Shown here: positions 56,925 to 64,000 of the stretch, in pieces
Layout: each line of letters starts with the position of its first letter
How positions within the stretch are numbered: the stretch's first letter is position 1
Assembly (NCBI RefSeq): GCF_011386835.1
Contig: NC_088803.1
Location: 186,001 to 250,000 of the forward strand
Source: Chrysemys picta bellii
Lineage: Eukaryota
Direction: 5' to 3'
DNA length: 64,000 nt
Notes under the pieces: model-generated
Told to the model about the DNA's origin: nothing
Seen by the model: the letters and a program-made list of their open reading frames with translations, nothing else
The model's database searches: none
Made by a program: the position numbers and the translations under genes

Positions 56925-57202
56925 TGCAGCCTGGCTTCCTGCCACCTCTGTTCACAGCATAGCTGCCTTCCCTGGACAAGCGGTGCTGATCCACGTCAGC
57001 TGGGGATCTGCCCCACTGACACAGGGAGGCTATGACCAATTTACACCCGTTGGGGATCTGCTCCTTTGACTCCAATGGGGCTACACCAGTTACACCAGCT
57101 AAGGATCTCACCCACGTATGTTCACATAAATACATACATGTACTTTCATGCACACCCCTGAACACAGGTAACTGCTAAATGAGTTAACTGCTGGATGCAT
57201 GC

Positions 57203-57990
57203 TGTGACGTTGCACTCCATATGCTTTATAAAAATATGTTTGTAAGTGTGGATATGGTGTAACTGCACTATGCTTTATGAAAAAGGTCTCTTGTAAGGTA
57301 TCATTACAAAGTTTATAATCTACTGAGTGTGGTCATCCTATTTGTATGAATGTATCATTCTTGTATCTGAAACTAGGAATATGAAATATAACTCTGACGT
57401 CCTATTGTAATTATGCAAAGTGTGAGCCATTAATTGTGGTTTGGAATCTTGATGGCTCCCATTAACCAGGACAATTGGTTGTAAATGGCTCTGCTTATTC
57501 CTAAGCCTTCCTGTACACGTGGGTGCCAGCAAGTGGGTAATGAAGTCTTACAGTGACATGTGACCATGTCACTTGGTACTGGAATCCATCTTAAACCTGG
57601 TGCTTTTTCCATTTAGAAGGAGGGGTGGGGACCCAGAGAGACAAAGGATTCCCGTCTTGGGCCAAAGCTATATAAGGGGGTGGAACAGAACAAAGGAGGT
57701 TTCGGTCATGAGAATCCCCTAGTTACCACCTGAGCTGGAACTAACAAGGACTGTACCAGGGGAAAGGATTGGGCCCAGACTAAGAAGGAGTCTAGTCTGT
57801 GAAAGAAGCTTATTGGAACATCTCTGAGGATGAGATTTACCTGTCTTCAGTTTCTTAATATATTAGGCTTAGACTTGCATGTTTTGTTTTGGTTCTGGAG
57901 TCCCAAGCTGGCAGGGAAAACAGGCTCAGAGGTAGTCTCAGCACATCAGGTGACAGTCCCAAGGGGGTCTCTGGGACCAAACCTGTCACA
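57203..57990. mobile_element. Probable solo LTR (788 bp)
   Basis: TGTGAC...GTCACA termini with flanks CATGC / GATGC (degenerate TSD) and an internal TATATAA. Confidence 0.6.
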
Positions 57991-59746
57991 GATGCCCAGG
58001 ACCCTTTGGTGTTGGAAGACTTTTATAAGGTCTTTTAGTCTGGAATTCTCAGAGGAGCTGAAGGGAGAGAGGTACCCAACTCAATAGGATAGGAGTACCA
58101 ACTCCCTTAAATTCCTCTGAAACTCCCAGCCCTACCCTGTTCTACGCCTTTGGCACTGTGTTACCAACCAAACTCTCTAGAGGGCATGTAGTGCCTTGAT
58201 TAAAAATAGTGCTTCACTTACACACTTCCTTTAGCAGTCAAAGGTGTAAAAATCTCCCTGCTTCAGGGTCTAGTGCAATCTCCAGCTGATGGGGTAGGGG
58301 GACACTTCCACTCTTGGCAGTTCGTCCCATGGCTGCCCCCTGCAGGGTTTCTCACACCTTCCTCTAATGCAGGTGGCCCATTATCCCAAGCTACTAACTG
58401 GAAAATAGCTGATGCAAAGGGCTGGTTAATTGCTCCCTCTGCTCAGACTGGGAGAGGGGAGCTGCCAAGGGCTCAGCTCCCAAAGGCCAGCCCCCAGAAC
58501 AGCATAAATGCTCCTGTAGCTTGAGATCACGAACACTTCTGGTGTCACTGTGGTGGCTGTCACCACGCAGGTCTTGCCTGTAACCTCTGTCATTAAGAGA
58601 GACCATCTCCAAGTCCCAACAGCATGAGCTGTGCTCAGATCTCAGACCGTTTGGGTTTAGAGGATCTGATTCCATATATACAGGTGGAGCAAACTGGGGA
58701 GAAAGAGCCAAAGACTTCCACTGCCCGGTGACTGTGTGACTCTCGATAGAGGCACAGAGCGTAAGCTACTGGAGTGTCCTTCTTGTCCATTTCCTCCCCT
58801 TGGCTCTGTCTCTGTGACTCTTTCTTTCTTTCTCCATTGCTCGCTCCATTTTTCTCTCTGTCTGTCTGTCAGCTGCGGTAGACTGGAGCTCTGACCTGGT
58901 ACAGAAGACACTCAATTTTAGATGCCTGACTGGTTGGTTCTTGCTCGGATTTCGTGTGCATAAGGAATTTCCCCCCAGGTTAGATTTGCAGAAACCTTTG
59001 GGATTTTTTTACCTTCTTCTGCAGGCGGAGGGGTGGGAGGGGTTGGTCACCTGCTGGGATAATCTGAGTCTCTCACTCTGTCAATTCCCTGCCTCAGGCC
59101 CTGCGGGTTCCTTGGTCTCTCCCGTTCACTGCCTGAGGTCACAGAAGTTTAGTCTTTTGAGAACTGAAGTGCTTTGGTTTAAGTGAAATCATTGGGCTCA
59201 GTGTGGGGTATATATCTTGGAAGTCAGCAGCCTGTGATGTACAGGAGGTCAGACTAGATTATCTAATGGACCCTTTGAGCATTAAGCTCTCTGAAACTTT
59301 CCCTCTCTCTTCCATTCAATATGCAGTTTCTCTCTCTATATATACACATACAGAGGAGAAATTTGCATTATCATGCTGAAGCATTTTGGAGGTTTTCTTT
59401 CTGCCTTGTACACTCATTGTGAAGGCACCTAGGAGTCAGGTAAGATCATGTTACAATTCATGGTAATTTGCTTTGCTTTTATTAATTTTTCTTTGTCTCT
59501 CTGATGCCACGATGATGGATGAGGTGTAAGAACTGAATAGAATACAGGATAGTTGAATAGAATCAAGTAGAATTGTACAAAAGCAACCAAATATAAGAGT
59601 CCTGATTCTCCACTCACTTTCACCAAATTTAGGCTGGTTAGAAAGATTTACCTTTTGAGATTAAGGCTTGTGGGGTGCAAAGGGATAAATAAACAATGAT
59701 TTATTGAGATTGCTAATCTGGTTCCATAATCTCTGTGTCTCCAGGA

Positions 59747-60679
59747 ATGACGCCATCACACATGAAAATGGAGAATCGCACCGTGGTGTCGGAATTCATC
59801 CTCTTAGGGATTCCCAACACCAAAGGTCTTGAGACCATCCTCTTCATCACCTTCTTAGCCTTCTACCTCTGCACCCTGGTGGGCAACCTGCTCATCTTCT
59901 CAGCCATCCTCGCTGACGCCCGCCTGCACACCCCCATGTACTTCTTCCTCTGCAACCTCTCCATTCTAGACCTCGGATTCTCTTCCATCAGCACCCCTAA
60001 ATTTCTGACCAACCTCTGGGCGAAGAGTAGAAACATCTCGCTGAGCGGGTGCATGTCCCAGGTCTTCTTCTACCACTTTCTGGGCAGCACCGAGTGCCTG
60101 CTCTACACCGTCATGGCCTACGACCGGTACGTGGCCATCTGCCACCCGCTGCGCTACCTGCTCATCATGAACCGGAGGGTGTGCGCCCTCCTGGCCGCCG
60201 GCACCTGGATTGCCAGCTCCTTCCACGCCACCATCCTCACCAGCCTGACCTTCATGCTGCCCTACTGCGGGTCCAACGTGGTGGACTATTTCTTCTGTGA
60301 CATCTTCCCGGTGGTCAAGCTGGCCTGTGCGGACACGTATGTCATCGAGACTGTGAGCTTCACCAATATTGGGGTGGTGCCCATGACTTGCTTCCTCCTT
60401 ATCCTTGCCTCCTACTTCAGGATTGTTGCCTCCGTGGTGAGAATGCGCAGCGCTGAGCGAGGTTGGAAAGCCATCTCCACTTGCGCATCGCACCTGACAG
60501 TGGTGTGCTTCTTCTTTGGGCCCTGCGCCCTCCTCTACACCCAGCCCTCCCTAAGCAATGTGCTGGCTACCCCCATGCAGATCTTTTGTGATGTGGTCAC
60601 CCCGATGCTGAACCCGGTGGTCTATACGCTGAGGAATAAGGAAGTCAAAGCAGCATTCAGGAAAATGAAAGGTGGCTAA
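59747..60679 (+). CDS. Olfactory receptor, family 10 (OR10G/OR10D-like; up to 310 aa, intact)
   Basis: EFILLGIP, LHTPMYFFLCNLS, FYHFLGSTECLLYTVMAYDRYVAICHPLRY, VDYFFCDI, PMLNPVVYTLRNKEV. An acceptor (ctctgtgtctccag) ends at 59744. Alternative ATGs lie at 59762 and 59768. Confidence 0.88.
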   Translation: MTPSHMKMENRTVVSEFILLGIPNTKGLETILFITFLAFYLCTLVGNLLIFSAILADARLHTPMYFFLCNLSILDLGFSSISTPKFLTNLWAKSRNISLSGCMSQVFFYHFLGSTECLLYTVMAYDRYVAICHPLRYLLIMNRRVCALLAAGTWIASSFHATILTSLTFMLPYCGSNVVDYFFCDIFPVVKLACADTYVIETVSFTNIGVVPMTCFLLILASYFRIVASVVRMRSAERGWKAISTCASHLTVVCFFFGPCALLYTQPSLSNVLATPMQIFCDVVTPMLNPVVYTLRNKEVKAAFRKMKGG

Positions 60680-61519
60680 AGGCAGCCCAGCAAAAATCGC
60701 TAGCTGAAATGAAATGTTTTCCCCCTTAGCCTTGTGGGAATGAAATTATTGGAAGAAATGGGGAGATTTTAAAAGGCACAAAGGGTTTGTAGGTACCCAA
60801 CTCTCATGGAAAGAGTGAGAGTTGGAAACCCAATTCACGTTTTTGCTTTTAGAAATCTCACTCTATGTTTTCTGCTGGTGGAACCCCTTTGAAATCACCA
60901 TAATTACATCGCTGCTATGGCTAATCCTTCAGTTATTCTCACAGCTCATCTCTGAATCCTCTCCAGTTTATCAGCACCCTTCTGGAATTGTGAACACCAG
61001 CACTGGACACAGTGTACCACCTAAGGTCACACCAGTGCCAAACTGTGAGATCACACTCAGCTGATTCTCCACCACGACCCCCAAATCATTTTCAGAGTCA
61101 CAGCTCCCCAGGAGAGAGTCCCCAGCGCAGCCTCGGATCTTTGTTTCTAGATGTACGTGTGTACGTTCAGCTGCATTGAAATGCACATTGTTTGCTTGTG
61201 CCCCCTTACCCAGCGATCCTGATGCCGACTGGGGAGGAGGTCAGAGGAGCTATTCCAGGGTTGGGGTTCAGAGGGACATCAGTGGAGTTTTCCCAGGGTG
61301 AGGGAGGAGGATACTGGTGTTAGAATCATAGAATCTCAGGGTTGGAAGGACCTCAGGAGGTCATCTAGTCCAACCCCCTGCTCAAAGCCTTGAAATGAAA
61401 AAAAAAAAAACCCAAAAGGAACATGGGTAGATAGTGTGAGACAGGCCCCTGGTCCTTCTCCCTGCAGAACAGTGCATGCGAGCCCAATATCCGGCACTAG
61501 AAACAGGGAAGACTGCCCT

Positions 61520-61639
61520 AGGGTGACCAGATGTCCTGATTTATTAGGACAGTCCCGATTTTGGGGTCTTTTTCTTATATAGGCTTTTATTACCCCCCAC
61601 CCCCATCCCGATTTTTCACATTTGCTGTCTGGTCACCCT
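61520..61639. mobile_element. hAT-type MITE
   Basis: TIRs AGGGTGACCAGA / TCTGGTCACCCT; flanks ACTGCCCT / AGTGCCCC. Confidence 0.85.
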
Positions 61640-62755
61640 AGTGCCCCCTACTGAGTTTCCTGCACCACTCCCTGCACCTCAGTGCCCCCTTTGCACTGCT
61701 GGGTTCATCCTGAATTTTCTCGGTTGTTTCTTTGCACTGGTCCAGGGAACCAATTTCCAAAGAGCCACAGATCCAGACTCTGGTGAGACTGAGAGAAGAA
61801 AACCTGGAATGGAAGATCACGGCACAAGTTGTGAACATTAATTTGAAAAACTGCAATAGATTCTGATAGACAATGGGAAACCTCCACTGACCTCCAAGCC
61901 GGGGTATTGGGCGGCCGTAAAGGGAGAAGCTGGGAGAGCTGGTGGCTGTAGTATTTTGAAACTGAGAAATTTATCAATTCAAAACAGCTACATTTAAAGA
62001 GCCCTTGGGAATTATTTGCCAGCCATTACCTTGCAGTTAAGCAAAGCATTGGGACACAAGACATCTGGGTTCAAGTTCAGACCCTGTAGAAAACTCCCTA
62101 TTTGACCTTGAGTACCTCACTAAATCACTTTGTGCCTCGGTTTCCCCACCTGTTATACATGGATAATTAAATCCTTTGTCACTCTCAGCTATTAAATGTG
62201 GCTGGGACTGTGTCTCTGTATCTGTGCTGGGTGTTGCACAAAGGGGCCCATGTCTCAGTCCCAGATTGTAGGTCCTAGCATAATACCCATAATAACAATA
62301 GGGATAATACAAATTAAAATAGTCAAATGCAGTTCCGGCTCTGGTGTGTGTGGCAATGACACACGGAACTCAGCTGATGGAAACCGAGAATAACTTCTGA
62401 GCCTGGTACCAGTGCAGTGAGAAGGCCCAGCCTGGGGACTCATTAGAAATGTCAACGTTTTAATTAATCCCAATGGCCATTGCACCCTGTGGGATGCTTT
62501 GACTGGGCTGGGGATAACATAGCTACAGAGATTAATTATACCGTCTGCTTCTGCCCCCTCGTCCTGGCTCCCAAGTAAGACACCCCCCAGAGAAGAGCGG
62601 GAAATGATAGCGATTAGCGGAATTGCAAGGGGCCTTATTACAACTGCGGTGCTGGGACACTACAAATGGATCGATGAGATCACTGCTGGAGCCCCCCCAA
62701 TCTAGCCCTGTCTCTCTCACATCCCTCTCTGTGTGGTGTCGATGGATTTGTCTAC

Positions 62756-63213
62756 TGTGACGAACTGGGCCTGTTCTTACTGTGGTCTGTGAATGCTGAC
62801 AGGGGAGTGTGGCTAGGATAGTCTGCATTGGGGGATGGGAGATTGCCCGAAGGAGAATACCTGAGCATGTAACATGAGAACCCAGGAAGGGGTTGGAGGC
62901 CAGGTGACACCTTGGCCCGGGAAACTGAACAAAGGCTGTGGGAGGGGTCGCTGAAGGCAGGGTGTTGGAAGCTGGCTGGTGAGATGGCTGGAAGGCAGAG
63001 ATTGCTCTGACCTCCCAAGGGGGGCTGGGATGCCCTGGGACCCCAAGATGGACCTAACTGAGGGGGGCCCTGTTGTCTGTGCCTGCAAGACCTGTCTTGG
63101 ACTGTATTCCTGTCATCCAAATAAACCTTCTGCTTTACTGGCTGGCTGAGAGTCATGGTGAATCGCAGGAAGCCGGGGGTGCAGGGCCCTGAGTCCCCCA
63201 ATACTCCGTGACA
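62756..63213 (+). mobile_element. 5' LTR of a Gypsy-type retrotransposon
   Basis: TGTGAC...TGACA termini and an AATAAA near 63120. The LTR is followed by a primer-binding site and a gag ORF. Confidence 0.85.
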
Positions 63214-63215
63214 AC

Positions 63216-63233
63216 TGGTGGCAGCGGCGGGAT
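63216..63233 (+). promoter_or_regulatory. Primer-binding site, tRNA-Leu type
   Basis: TGGTGGCAGCGGCGGGAT, one mismatch from the complement of a tRNA-Leu 3' end (...ATCCCACCGCTGCCACCA, recalled). Confidence 0.75.
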
Positions 63234-63552
63234 CTACTGCACCCCGTGGACGGCGCTTCCTGCAGTAAGTGACTGGGGAGCAGTAAAACGAAGGGGGATT
63301 GACGGGGACCAGGCATGCTGAAGAGTGAGAGAGAGACGGCTATTACCCCTGGGAGTGTGTGACCAGCGAGAGGGACTTTTGCGGTAACAGGGTACCCCGG
63401 GGGATCGCAGCGAGTGGTCCCAGGGGCGGAGGAGTCTGCAGCTCGACCCTGGCAGAGAGGTGGTGACCTCGAGAAGGGCTGGCACACTAGGGGTCTCCCT
63501 GGGAACTGTGGGGAGCTGTGAGCACACAGGCCGGTGAGTGGCCAGCAGGAAG

Positions 63553-64000
63553 ATGTATGCCAAGCGGCTTAAGAGCGACCTGGTGGAGCTGTGCAAGCAG
63601 AGGGGGCTGCGCAGTGGGAGGCTCACCAAAGCACAGCTCATTGCCCGGCTGGAGGCGGAAGATCGCGCGAATGAACTGATCCCTGTGTCTCAGGGAAACA
63701 GCCTGGCAAATGCAGCGCAGGCACCAGTGTCTGTCCCAGCTGGGAGTGGTCAGCCGGCTGCTGAGGGCTTCCCGAGACCCCTCCTTCCTATGCCTAGGGG
63801 AAGGGTGGGGAGGAGCCCAGCAAATACCGAGGGCGCCGTGACCCCCCCGGCCAGCAGGGGATCCTCCCGGCGAAGCTCGCTGGCCAGCAGAGGATCCTCC
63901 CGGCGACGTTCGGCATCCGTGGAGCGGAATTGGCTGGAATGGGAGAAAGAGCTAAAACTGAGAGAGCTGGAGGATCGTGAACAACAGAGACAGTATGAAG
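63553..64000 (+). CDS. Gypsy gag N-terminus (SAP/HeH-like helix pair, then coiled coil), open to the window edge
   Basis: MYAKRLKSDLVELCKQRGLRSGRLTKAQLIARLEAED...WEKELKLRELEDREQQRQYE, with no stop in 149 codons. Confidence 0.75.
   Translation, partial: MYAKRLKSDLVELCKQRGLRSGRLTKAQLIARLEAEDRANELIPVSQGNSLANAAQAPVSVPAGSGQPAAEGFPRPLLPMPRGRVGRSPANTEGAVTPPASRGSSRRSSLASRGSSRRRSASVERNWLEWEKELKLRELEDREQQRQYE

Noticed and set aside
1-64000. D, J or C segments, RNA genes, CRISPR arrays or prokaryotic systems
   Set aside because: I found no FGxG J motif with a 12-RSS, no constant exon, no intact tRNA/rRNA gene and no repeat-spacer array. The tRNA-like heads belong to SINEs.

Overview
Vertebrate genomic DNA, most likely a turtle. 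This is inferred from the repeat set (turtle-type CR1 LINEs, hAT and Tc1/mariner MITEs, Penelope, Gypsy LTRs, a Tx1 LINE) and was not database-checked. The window looks like the distal (5') end of the T-cell receptor alpha/delta locus, where V segments are interleaved with olfactory receptor (OR) genes. All V segments are on the + strand. Four have open V exons and 23-bp-spacer RSSs (3.4, 6.1, 8.9 and 56.6 kb), two are clear pseudogenes (2.7 and 55.2 kb), and two are possible relics (2.2 and 13.2 kb). There are four intact OR ORFs: OR4E2-like (+), two OR4E1-like (-) and one OR10G/10D-like (+). Main observation: the V at 3365-3653 is a close match to mammalian TRAV1, the invariant V-alpha of MR1-restricted MAIT cells, which is generally described as mammal-specific. 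It lies in what appears to be the same gene order and orientation as the mouse Trav1 / MOR83 / MOR10 / MOR28 / H enhancer / Trav2 cluster. About half of the window is transposon-derived, including a three-level nest (Tx1 inside a solo LTR inside a CR1). All comparisons with mammalian sequences are against sequences recalled from memory and need confirming by alignment.
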